DNA of 64,000 nt, from the NCBI GenBank assembly GCA_045564835.1, contig JBJLGN010000021.1, positions 1,073 through 65,072 on the forward strand, read 5' to 3'. Under the pieces are notes generated by a model. That model ran no database searches. It saw only the letters and a list, made by a program, of their open reading frames with translations, and was not told where the DNA came from. How positions within the stretch are numbered: the first letter of the stretch is position 1; each line of letters starts with the position of its first letter. Below are positions 47,245 through 55,607 of this stretch, piece after piece. The stretch is from Dehalococcoidia bacterium (GTDB lineage Bacteria; Chloroflexota; Dehalococcoidia; Lucifugimonadales; GCA-002694895). Made by a program: the position numbers and the translations under genes.

Positions 47245-47841
47245 ATGACAAATAGAAAAATAACAAACTCAAGAAAAACTAACGAAACTAATATTAAAAT
47301 TTCGCTAAATATTGATGGAAATGGGAATTCAAATGTTAAAACTGGAAACGAAATGTTTGATCATATGCTTTCACAATTATCAAAACATGGACTTATAGAT
47401 TTAGATCTAGACTTGATAAGTGGTGATAGCGGCCTAGGGTGGCATCATGTAGTAGAAGATGTTGGTATTCTTCTTGGAGAATCATTCTCCAAGTGTATAG
47501 GAGATGGAACCGGGATATCAAGAACAAGCCATGCATATGTACCTCTAGACGAAACACTAGTAAGAAATGTTATTGACTTTGGAGGACGGGGATATTTTAA
47601 ACTGTCAGGTTATATAGGTGATTCAGATTTAGGAGAATTAAGCGGGTCATTAATAGCACACTTTTTAGAAACTTTTAGTAGAGAAGCTAATTGTAATTTG
47701 TTCACAACAATTTTAGAAGGTGTTAATAATCATCACATTTCTGAAGCAATATTCAAATCATTAGGAATAGTTCTAAAGCAATCTTTATCTATTGATCCAA
47801 GAAGAAAATCTATACCTAGTACAAAGGGTACAATTACTTAA
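47245..47841 (+). CDS. hisB: Imidazoleglycerol-phosphate dehydratase
   Basis: FDHML..., WHHVVEDVGI and HHISEAIFKS motifs. Confidence 0.9.
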   Translation: MTNRKITNSRKTNETNIKISLNIDGNGNSNVKTGNEMFDHMLSQLSKHGLIDLDLDLISGDSGLGWHHVVEDVGILLGESFSKCIGDGTGISRTSHAYVPLDETLVRNVIDFGGRGYFKLSGYIGDSDLGELSGSLIAHFLETFSREANCNLFTTILEGVNNHHISEAIFKSLGIVLKQSLSIDPRRKSIPSTKGTIT

Positions 47842-47843
47842 AA

Positions 47844-49313
47844 ATGTTATTCAATTCTCCTGAATTTATTTTTATTTTTATTCCTATCGTTTTGCTTTTT
47901 GCTTTCCTTGCACAGAATTATATAAATAAAGAAGCAAACATATACATAATAATTCTAAGTTCTATTTTCTTTTATGGTTTTTGGAATATATCTTATGTCC
48001 CATTATTACTAGGGTCAGTTCTATTTAATTTTCTAATACATAAAAAAATTAAAGACAGTAGAGTTTTAATAACAGGGTTAATTATTAATGTATCTGTACT
48101 ATTATTTTTCAAATACACAAATTTTTTCATTGATAATTTATCACTGATACTCGACAAAAAATTTACAAATTATAATATAGCTCTACCATTAGCGATTTCA
48201 TTTTTCACATTTCAGCAAATTGCTTTTATAGTAGATAGTTATAAAAATAAAACAACTAAGTTTTCAATTCATGAATATATACTTTTCATCACTTTTTTCC
48301 CTCAATTGATAGCAGGACCAATTGTTAGGTTTCATCAATTTATACCTCAATTACAATCTAGAAAACTTAATATTTCATTAGAAAACTTTTCAATTGGAAT
48401 CGTTATATTCTCAATTGGGTTATTCAAAAAAATTGTATTAGCAGATCAGCTTGGTATAGTATCAGACAACGTATTCTTACAATCAAATCAACATACACTA
48501 TCGTTTTTCGAATCATGGGGCGGCATTTTAGCTTTTACTTTTCAAATATATTTTGATTTCTCTGGATATTCAGATATGGCTATTGGATTAGGGCAAATTT
48601 TCGGAATAAGATTACCTTTGAATTTTAATTCTCCTTATAAATCAAAAAGTATTATAGATTTTTGGAGAAGATGGCATATATCACTTTCCTCATTTTTAAA
48701 AGAATACATTTACATTCCATTAGGCGGAAATAAAAAAGGGACATTTATTAAATACTTAAATATATTAGTTGTGATGATATTAGGAGGTATATGGCACGGA
48801 GCAGGATGGAACTTTATATTATGGGGATTCTCTCATGGGATTTTATTAATCATAAATCACGAAATTAACAGGAAAAATATTAAAATATTTTTACCAACAT
48901 TAGCAAAACAAATTATTACTTTCTTACTAGTTACAATAACTTGGGTTTTATTTAGAGCAGAAAATATATTGTCAATTAAAAACTTTTATTCAGGAATGAT
49001 TGGGCAAAATGGATTTTATTTAGATCACAGATTAGAAAAGTTTATACCATTTACTTCTTCATTAATAATATTCGAAGGGTTGCACATTGGAAGTTTTGAT
49101 TTGGGAGGAGTTTTTTATATAGCTATATCTATGCTGATAATTTCGCTATTTGCAAATACAAATGAAATTATTAATAAAAAAGAAAAATCATTAATTAATT
49201 TGAAATTTGATTTTAATATAAAGGGATCAATATATTTAGCAACAATATTATTTATATCCATTCAACTTATGTTTAATATTCCCAAAACGGAGTTTTTATA
49301 TTTTGATTTTTAA
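47844..49313 (+). CDS. MBOAT-family membrane O-acyltransferase (AlgI/DltB-like)
   Basis: Polytopic. Conserved-His region FWRRWHISLSSFLKEYIYIPLGGN. Starts 2 nt after hisB. Confidence 0.85.
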   Translation: MLFNSPEFIFIFIPIVLLFAFLAQNYINKEANIYIIILSSIFFYGFWNISYVPLLLGSVLFNFLIHKKIKDSRVLITGLIINVSVLLFFKYTNFFIDNLSLILDKKFTNYNIALPLAISFFTFQQIAFIVDSYKNKTTKFSIHEYILFITFFPQLIAGPIVRFHQFIPQLQSRKLNISLENFSIGIVIFSIGLFKKIVLADQLGIVSDNVFLQSNQHTLSFFESWGGILAFTFQIYFDFSGYSDMAIGLGQIFGIRLPLNFNSPYKSKSIIDFWRRWHISLSSFLKEYIYIPLGGNKKGTFIKYLNILVVMILGGIWHGAGWNFILWGFSHGILLIINHEINRKNIKIFLPTLAKQIITFLLVTITWVLFRAENILSIKNFYSGMIGQNGFYLDHRLEKFIPFTSSLIIFEGLHIGSFDLGGVFYIAISMLIISLFANTNEIINKKEKSLINLKFDFNIKGSIYLATILFISIQLMFNIPKTEFLYFDF

Positions 49314-50217
49314 AAAATTTTTATTAATATTATGTTTAATTATGGGATTAGCACAAATACTTGTCATATCTCATAATTTATATTACGACAAATTTGGTCT
49401 AGTTAAACAAAAAAATGAAATATTAATCACTAGTGATGAAAGATATTCAAAATATTTACTATCATATAAATATATACCAGAAAATTATGACGGAATATTA
49501 ATTGGCCCATCTGTGTCAGGAAATTTAAACACTTCAAATATCTCAAATTATAAAATATACAATGCTTCTGTAAATGGGGGGAACTATTCTGAATTAAAAT
49601 TAATCAGTGAAAGAGTTTTACAATCCAATAAAATCAAATTTTTAATTATTTGTTTACATCCTTATGCTTCAAAAAACAGTAATCTAAAAACAAATCAAAT
49701 TAATTCAAAATTTTATTGGCTAAATTTAGTTGGAATTGAACCAATTAGTTACAAAATCAAATCATTATTCAAAAAACAATTAAATAATGTTAATACATTT
49801 CACTCAAGTAAAGATGGATATAATGATTTTAATTTGCTAAATGAAAATGTTAATTTACAAAACATAATAAATTCCACTAAAAATGATCCTAATTATAATA
49901 AAGATATTTTCATAGATCCAAAATCATTAGAAGATTTACAAATAATAATTAATAATGCACATAAAAATGATATCAAAATCGTCAGTTATTTTTTTCCGTA
50001 CTACTTTGAGTTACTTGAAAATCAAAAAAGATCTGGAAGTTGGAATGTATACAAAAATAAAATTTCTCAACTATTTTCAGAAGAAGATATTCTATTAGAT
50101 ATGAATGAAATTGAGTTTAAACATATAAATCAAGATATAAAATCATATTCTGATGGGCATTTAAGTTATATAGGTGCAGATAAGGTAATCAAAGAAATAG
50201 TAAAAAAACTGCCATAA
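49303..50217 (+). CDS. Hypothetical membrane-anchored protein, probable partner of the MBOAT enzyme
   Basis: TTG start overlaps the MBOAT end by 11 nt. N-terminal TM helix. Its position is analogous to the DltD/AlgJ-type partners of MBOAT proteins, but no motif was recognised. Confidence 0.45.
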   Translation: MIFKKFLLILCLIMGLAQILVISHNLYYDKFGLVKQKNEILITSDERYSKYLLSYKYIPENYDGILIGPSVSGNLNTSNISNYKIYNASVNGGNYSELKLISERVLQSNKIKFLIICLHPYASKNSNLKTNQINSKFYWLNLVGIEPISYKIKSLFKKQLNNVNTFHSSKDGYNDFNLLNENVNLQNIINSTKNDPNYNKDIFIDPKSLEDLQIIINNAHKNDIKIVSYFFPYYFELLENQKRSGSWNVYKNKISQLFSEEDILLDMNEIEFKHINQDIKSYSDGHLSYIGADKVIKEIVKKLP

Positions 50218-50230
50218 TTACAAAACAAAA

Positions 50231-50260
50231 GGCTAAAAGAATTAATTCTTTTAGCCTTTT
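50231..50260 (+). terminator. Rho-independent terminator (bidirectional-looking)
   Basis: GGCTAAAAGAA (50231-50241), loop TTAA, TTCTTTTAGCC (50246-50256), followed by TTTT and preceded by AAAA. Confidence 0.6.
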
Positions 50261-50357
50261 GTAAGCTATATTAGGCTCACATTACAAATATCTCGGCTTA
50301 GAAATATTTGTAAAATAATATAGCTCAAACAATATATCAGCTATTGTATAAGAAAAA

Positions 50358-50402
50358 TAGAGAGGGTAACCGGATTCGAATCGACGACCTTCTACTTAGA
50401 AG
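50358..50402 (-). pseudogene. Decayed 3' half of a tRNA (tRNA-Gly-like fragment)
   Basis: 36 of 45 positions are identical to the 3' half of the intact tRNA-Gly at 51008..51052, including the 12-mer ACCGGATTCGAA (T-arm). Similarity stops in the anticodon loop. There is no 5' half, and the T-stem and acceptor stem are mismatched. Confidence 0.45.
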
Positions 50403-50561
50403 TTTCCTTAAATGTATATCTCCGTGTAAGTATTTAATTTTAATATATCAAAATCTACAAAAAAAGATATGAGAATGGCTCCTGGATGTATTTAACTGAT
50501 AAAAAATGAAATAATGTTATTTGATAATTTAAATACAAAATCATTAAATTTATTGTGGTAC

Positions 50562-50594
50562 AAAAAAACTAACACTTTATTAATAAAGTGTTAG
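50562..50594 (-). terminator. Rho-independent terminator of the Cys-rich mini-ORF
   Basis: CTAACACTTTA (50569-50579), loop TTAA, TAAAGTGTTAG (50584-50594). A7 at 50562-50568 gives U7 on the minus strand. It lies 19 nt past the ORF stop. Confidence 0.55.
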
Positions 50595-50612
50595 TTTTAA
50601 AGTGTTAGTTTT

Positions 50613-50717
50613 TTATGATTTACACTGACAAGCTGTGCTGCAATCATTACAGCAATCATTACAGTCTTTACAGCAACTAGCGCTGCAATCATTACAGCAA
50701 TCTAATGTTTCGCTCAT
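50613..50717 (-). CDS. Unannotated 34-aa cysteine-rich peptide (metallothionein-like or RiPP-precursor-like)
   Basis: MSETLDCCNDCSASCCKDCNDCCNDCSTACQCKS has 11 Cys in 34 residues and an internal perfect 21-nt duplication encoding DCCNDCS. AGGTGA lies just upstream of the ATG, and a terminator follows. It is below the track size cut-off. Confidence 0.45.
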   Translation of the reverse strand: MSETLDCCNDCSASCCKDCNDCCNDCSTACQCKS

Positions 50718-50739
50718 GTATCACCTATATATTAAATTG

Positions 50740-50844
50740 TTAAGTATGCAAATACATATTAAGTATGCTTAAAGCATATTAAGTATGTAAATGCATATTA
50801 AGTATATATTAATGTAATTAAGTATGCAAATACATATTAAGAAT
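50740..50844. repeat. Six tandem 19-20 bp direct repeats (TTAAGTATGyAAAtrCATA-type), iteron/operator-like
   Basis: TTAAGTAT(G) recurs at 50740, 50759, 50779, 50798 and 50818, with a partial copy (TTAAGAAT) at 50837. Units 1 and 5 are identical (TTAAGTATGCAAATACATA). Unit 2 contains the palindrome TATGCTTAAAGCATA. Confidence 0.8.
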
Positions 50845-51007
50845 TTCCAATAGAATATAGAAAAATCTACAATGAAAGATACATGCATGCCTCTTTGGTG
50901 AATTTATCTATTTTGGGATATTAAACGGGGGACTTAGCACGGTAAATTGAGCAAATTACAATAAATCTCTATGAAAGGTTGCTTGCCATTTCTATTCAGT
51001 AGATAAA

Positions 51008-51083
51008 TGGAGCGGGAGACCGGATTCGAACCGGCGACATTCTGCTTGGAAGGCAGATACTCTAGCCGCTGAGTTACTCCCGC
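51008..51083 (-). tRNA. tRNA-Gly (anticodon UCC), CCA encoded
   Basis: The reverse complement folds as GCGGGAG-TA-ACTC-AGCGGCTA-GAGT-A-TCTGC-CTTCCAA-GCAGA-ATGTC-GCCGG-TTCGAAT-CCGGT-CTCCCGC-T-CCA. This is a perfect 76-nt cloverleaf. Confidence 0.92.
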
Positions 51084-51117
51084 ATTATAGAGTGATTATT
51101 ATAACATCAATAGTATC

Positions 51118-52008
51118 TTATGCTCTACTAAATCCAGATACAGGAATAGATGGATCAACTCCTCTACCCTTAGCGTCATTAATAATTCCATATTCATTAA
51201 GTATTTCTTGGCTGTATGTTACTCTGCCAGAAATTTGTTCTTTCTCTAAACTCGCCAATAATACCGTAGCTTTAGCCATTAATTCCGGATGTTCTCCCTT
51301 AGGGTCATCAAAACCTTCAACCAAATTATGAAATACTGTTCCTGGCGTAGGGACGACCAAGCTAGGCGAAACACATGTCACTGATATTCCGTACTCAAAA
51401 ACTTCTTCAGCTAAACCTTGTGTAAATCTCTCTAATGCTGCTTTTTGTGCTCCATAGCAAGTTCCTCCACCTTTTTTTCTTGGTTTATTTTGTATATCTT
51501 CATTTGCTGATTCTTCATATGGGCCAGATCCCGGTCCAACCGCTGCTGCAGAAGATATGTTGACTATACTACCTTCTTTTTGAGTTATCATATCCTCCAA
51601 TACTAAATGACTTAAATAAAAAGGGGCATGTAAATTCACTTCCCATGATTTAATCCATCGTTTCAATTTGTAATCACGAATCGGAACAAAATATGTTAAA
51701 GCAGCATTGTTTACCAAAATGTCTATTGGTCCATATATATTTTTAGCTTGTTCAATCAATTGTTCACATTGATCAAAATCTGAGATATTTGCTGATAATG
51801 CAGTAGCTTCTCCTTCTTCTACTCTAATACTTTCAACTGTGTTTGTTAAAGATCCTTCTAATGGGTGTTCTCCATCTGACATCGTTCTTGCAACGCAAAC
51901 AACCTTTGCACCCTTTTTTGCAAACTCCTGAGATATATATTGGCCAATACCTCTACTAGCTCCTGTAACTAAAACATTTTTGTTTTTTAAATCCTTCATT
52001 ATTTTCAC
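51118..52008 (-). CDS. Short-chain dehydrogenase/reductase
   Basis: VTGASRGIG cofactor motif and YGAQKAA catalytic YxxxK. Confidence 0.85.
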   Translation of the reverse strand: MKIMKDLKNKNVLVTGASRGIGQYISQEFAKKGAKVVCVARTMSDGEHPLEGSLTNTVESIRVEEGEATALSANISDFDQCEQLIEQAKNIYGPIDILVNNAALTYFVPIRDYKLKRWIKSWEVNLHAPFYLSHLVLEDMITQKEGSIVNISSAAAVGPGSGPYEESANEDIQNKPRKKGGGTCYGAQKAALERFTQGLAEEVFEYGISVTCVSPSLVVPTPGTVFHNLVEGFDDPKGEHPELMAKATVLLASLEKEQISGRVTYSQEILNEYGIINDAKGRGVDPSIPVSGFSRA

Positions 52009-52132
52009 CTTATAGGAATATATATTTTGTTAATTGAACAATTCTACTCAACACTTATTATAATATCCTTCTAAAAATAAAAACTAGTACTTCTATTTTT
52101 GATTCTTAGAATTTAATTCACATGATCCTCAA

Positions 52133-52161
52133 TTGACATTAAAAATAAATCATATTAATAT
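52133..52161 (+). promoter_or_regulatory. Candidate promoter of the amidohydrolase gene
   Basis: TTGACA (52133-52138), 17 nt spacer, TAATAT (52156-52161). AAGGAG lies 7 nt before ATG 52187. Confidence 0.4.
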
Positions 52162-52186
52162 TTGCTTAACTAAAAGGAGATAAATC

Positions 52187-53782
52187 ATGACAAAACAATC
52201 AATTCCAGATTTGATAGTAAAAAATGCTAACGTTATTACTGTAGATGAATCAATGCCAAGTGCTGAAGCATTTGCGATTTCGAACGGAAAATTTGTAGCA
52301 ATAGGAAGTAATTCAGACATTCAAAATTTAGCATCACCAAATACAAAAACATACGACGCAGAAGGACGTACAATTATTCCAGGTTTAATCGATGCTCATA
52401 TTCATGTACTTAGTAGCGGAATAAGACATGTAATGGCAGCTGATTGTACAGTAAAAGATATTGAAGAAGTGTCTCATTTAATTAAAGATCAAGCAAATAA
52501 AACCCCAAAAGGCGAATGGGTTCAGGGGTTTAAATACGATGATACAAAAATAAAAGAAAACAGGGATCTATATAGACAAGATTTAGATTCAATATCACTG
52601 GACCATCCCATAATGGTTTCGCACAGAGCTGGCCATGTTTATTATATGAATTCTAAAGCTTTGGAATTATCAGGCTATCACAATGAGTCTGAAGATCCAC
52701 ATGGAGGAAAACTAGGAAGAAATGAAACCACTGGAGAATTAAATGGCGTAGTTTATGAAAGAGCTATAGAACCAACAAGAGATTTATTACCAACAATTTC
52801 TGATAAAGACAGAACCGAAGGTCTTAAGCAAATAAGTTCGATGTTAAATTCTTCAGGATTAACAAGTGTTCATGATGCAAGAGTTAGCCAAGATGAATTT
52901 TTAACTTACCAAGATGGAGAAAAAAATGATTATCTAGGCTTAAGAGTTTACATGCTGATGGCTCAAGATTTATTTCCTAGCCTAAGAGATGCTGGGGTGA
53001 AAACAGGTTTTGGAAGTGAAATGTTAAAAGTTGGAGGGATCAAAATGACTTCTGACGGGGCTATTGCTGCTAGAACAGCATGGTTATCTCAACCCTATAT
53101 TGGATCAGAACACGATTGTGGAATACAAGCAATGAGTCAGGAAGAATTAGATGATCAAGTTATTCAAATGCATAATGCAGGCTTCCAGGTAGCTGTGCAT
53201 GCAAATGGTGATTCTGCTATTTCGATGGTATTGAATTCATATGAAAAAGCACTTGAACTTAACCCTTTAAAGGATACAAGGCATAGAATAGAACATTGCA
53301 CATTAGTAAATCCAGAAATATTAACGCGGATGGCAAAAAACGATGTACAAGCTACTCCCTTTTGTACCTACGTTTTCTATCACGGTGAAAAAATGCAATT
53401 TTATGGCGAAGAAAGACTGGAATGGATGTTTGCTCAAAAATCATTCATTGAATATGGGGTAAACTCAACAGGTGCAACTGATTATCCTCCAGGACCATAC
53501 CCTCCTCTAATGGGAATTCAGAGCTGCATAACTAGAACTGATTCCAATGGCAAACTTTGGGGACCCAGTCAAAAAATTAATATTCAAGAAGCTTTGAAAA
53601 TTTATACTTTAAATGGTGCAAGGGCTGCATTTGAAGAAAATATAAAAGGATCTATTTCATTAAATAAACTTGCTGATTTTGTTGTACTAGATAAAGACAT
53701 TACCAAAGTGGATCCTTTCGAAATCAAAGACATAAAAATAGTTCAAACGGTAATTGGCGGAAAAGCAGTATATGAAGGTTAA
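52187..53782 (+). CDS. Amidohydrolase-3 family metal-dependent hydrolase (YtcJ-like)
   Basis: GLIDAHIHV metal motif, with later HANGD and HRIEH motifs. Length 531 aa. Confidence 0.8.
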   Translation: MTKQSIPDLIVKNANVITVDESMPSAEAFAISNGKFVAIGSNSDIQNLASPNTKTYDAEGRTIIPGLIDAHIHVLSSGIRHVMAADCTVKDIEEVSHLIKDQANKTPKGEWVQGFKYDDTKIKENRDLYRQDLDSISLDHPIMVSHRAGHVYYMNSKALELSGYHNESEDPHGGKLGRNETTGELNGVVYERAIEPTRDLLPTISDKDRTEGLKQISSMLNSSGLTSVHDARVSQDEFLTYQDGEKNDYLGLRVYMLMAQDLFPSLRDAGVKTGFGSEMLKVGGIKMTSDGAIAARTAWLSQPYIGSEHDCGIQAMSQEELDDQVIQMHNAGFQVAVHANGDSAISMVLNSYEKALELNPLKDTRHRIEHCTLVNPEILTRMAKNDVQATPFCTYVFYHGEKMQFYGEERLEWMFAQKSFIEYGVNSTGATDYPPGPYPPLMGIQSCITRTDSNGKLWGPSQKINIQEALKIYTLNGARAAFEENIKGSISLNKLADFVVLDKDITKVDPFEIKDIKIVQTVIGGKAVYEG

Positions 53783-53873
53783 AACTCAAATTACTAAGTA
53801 AGCAAATCCTTAAATAATAAATTAATACTCTTTAGTATCCATCATATATTCAGATCCTGTTTGTTTCATTAAT

Positions 53874-54926
53874 TTATTTTGAGAATTGTAATGCTTCAGA
53901 TGGGTTTTTGTATAAAATTGAATTAATCATATCGTCAGTAAAACCTTTCTGGCGCATTCTTGGTATCACAAATGAAGGAATAAATGTAAATCCAAATCCT
54001 CCGTATTCTTGCAATTGATGTTTGTGACAAACATCGTGAGCAATTAAAATTTTAGATTCATATCCATTTTCAATCATGAAAAGAATATCTTCCATTCTTT
54101 TTGCATCCGAAGGCATATCTATTTTTTCATTTGCGGAGTAAAAATGATTTTCTTGTCCAAACAAATCCCATTCTAAATAACAACCTGATTCTGCAATTTG
54201 AATAAGAGTTTCTCTTTCGAAAACAGTTCTATCAAGATGTCCCATGATTGTCATATTCAAATCAGCTCCAGATTTCTTTAATATATCTATTGCAACAATT
54301 GGGGCTTTTTCATCTCTTCCCGGATGGATAAGCAGAGGTGCACCTGTTTCTTTCTGTGCTACAGCAGATGCAATTAAAACTTTTTCTTCATCTTTGTGTA
54401 ATGGATGTGATAATCCAACTTCTCCTATTATTCCCGATTTTATTTTTAATGCCCCTACTCCAACATTAACGTCGTTAATAATTACAGCAGCCAAATCTTC
54501 AATTGACATTTCTGCGACTTCTGGAGGATGGGCTAAATACACATAATAAGAAGATCCCATTATTATATTTATATCAGTCAAGTTTGAAATTTTCAGTAAT
54601 CCTTCAGGATCTCTTGATAATCCAATACTTGTCGCATCTACCATCGCACCACCACCTACCGATTTATATTTCAACACTTCGTCTACAGATATATCTAAAT
54701 CTATTATGGAAGAGTTATCTAAATTTTTCCATGCGTGATGATAAATCAAACCTCTGTTCTGTAAAGTTATAGGCTCATAAAATACTTGTTTTCTGTGCGA
54801 TTCTTCTGGAGGAACTGAAAAAGTATCTGGAAATTCAATTAAAAGATGCTCATGAGTCATTGTCATTCCTAAATCAATTGGGTCAATAACATTTCTTACT
54901 GTTTGAATCTTACCTTTTCTACTCAT
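53874..54926 (-). CDS. Phosphotriesterase-related (PTE/PLL family) hydrolase, possible lactonase
   Basis: GMTMTHEHLL (HxH metal site) and a TIM-barrel amidohydrolase layout. Length 350 aa. Confidence 0.8.
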   Translation of the reverse strand: MSRKGKIQTVRNVIDPIDLGMTMTHEHLLIEFPDTFSVPPEESHRKQVFYEPITLQNRGLIYHHAWKNLDNSSIIDLDISVDEVLKYKSVGGGAMVDATSIGLSRDPEGLLKISNLTDINIIMGSSYYVYLAHPPEVAEMSIEDLAAVIINDVNVGVGALKIKSGIIGEVGLSHPLHKDEEKVLIASAVAQKETGAPLLIHPGRDEKAPIVAIDILKKSGADLNMTIMGHLDRTVFERETLIQIAESGCYLEWDLFGQENHFYSANEKIDMPSDAKRMEDILFMIENGYESKILIAHDVCHKHQLQEYGGFGFTFIPSFVIPRMRQKGFTDDMINSILYKNPSEALQFSK

Positions 54927-54992
54927 AATTTCTCCAAATAAAACTTTTATAAAATTTAACTTATAATAAAATAAAAGAAAAATAAAAGAAAG

Positions 54993-55607
54993 ATGCTAAA
55001 TCAAACAATTATAATTGGAATCACCGGATCTATCGCAACAGGTAAATCAACATATATAAATAAATTAATAAAAGAATTTTCACCTGAATACTGTGATGCT
55101 GATAAATTGGTTCACACTTTATATGAACCAGGTAAACCAGCATATGACAGAATTATTGATATTTTTGGAAATGAAATAATAGATTACAAAACACAATATA
55201 TAGATCGTAAAAAACTAGGGGCTATTGTTTTTAAAGACAAAGCACTAATGAAAAAACTCACTGATGCAATTGGCAATATTGGGATTGAAGTTAAAAATGT
55301 TGTTGATGGATGGATAAAAAACAAAAAATGTATCGGTATAGTAGAAGCAGTAAATTTAATAGAAGCAAATTATATAGAATGGTGTGATCATGTATGGTTA
55401 TTCAAAGTAGATGACAATATAGCATTAAACAGACTCATTAAAAGAAATAATCTTAGTACATCTGAAGCTAAAAAAAGAATTGATAGCCAAACATCATGGG
55501 AAAAAAGATCAGAATATTCAAATTTAATTGTAGATACAAATGATGAAGTAGAAAATGTTTACAGTAAACTAAAAGAAAACTATATAAAAATACTTAATCT
55601 TCAGTAA
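54993..55607 (+). CDS. coaE: Dephospho-CoA kinase
   Basis: IIGITGSIATGKST P-loop. Length 204 aa. Confidence 0.85.
   Translation: MLNQTIIIGITGSIATGKSTYINKLIKEFSPEYCDADKLVHTLYEPGKPAYDRIIDIFGNEIIDYKTQYIDRKKLGAIVFKDKALMKKLTDAIGNIGIEVKNVVDGWIKNKKCIGIVEAVNLIEANYIEWCDHVWLFKVDDNIALNRLIKRNNLSTSEAKKRIDSQTSWEKRSEYSNLIVDTNDEVENVYSKLKENYIKILNLQ

Noticed and set aside
50740-50844. Tandem 19-20 bp repeats considered as a CRISPR array
   Set aside because: The units are contiguous with no unique spacers between them, they are shorter than CRISPR repeats, they diverge from one another, and no cas genes are nearby. An operator/iteron-like array is the better description.
50218-51007. Active integrative element or prophage at tRNA-Gly
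   Set aside because: No integrase, excisionase or any ORF over 60 aa lies in the interval, and the tRNA-like repeat is only about 80% identical. At most this is a decayed remnant.
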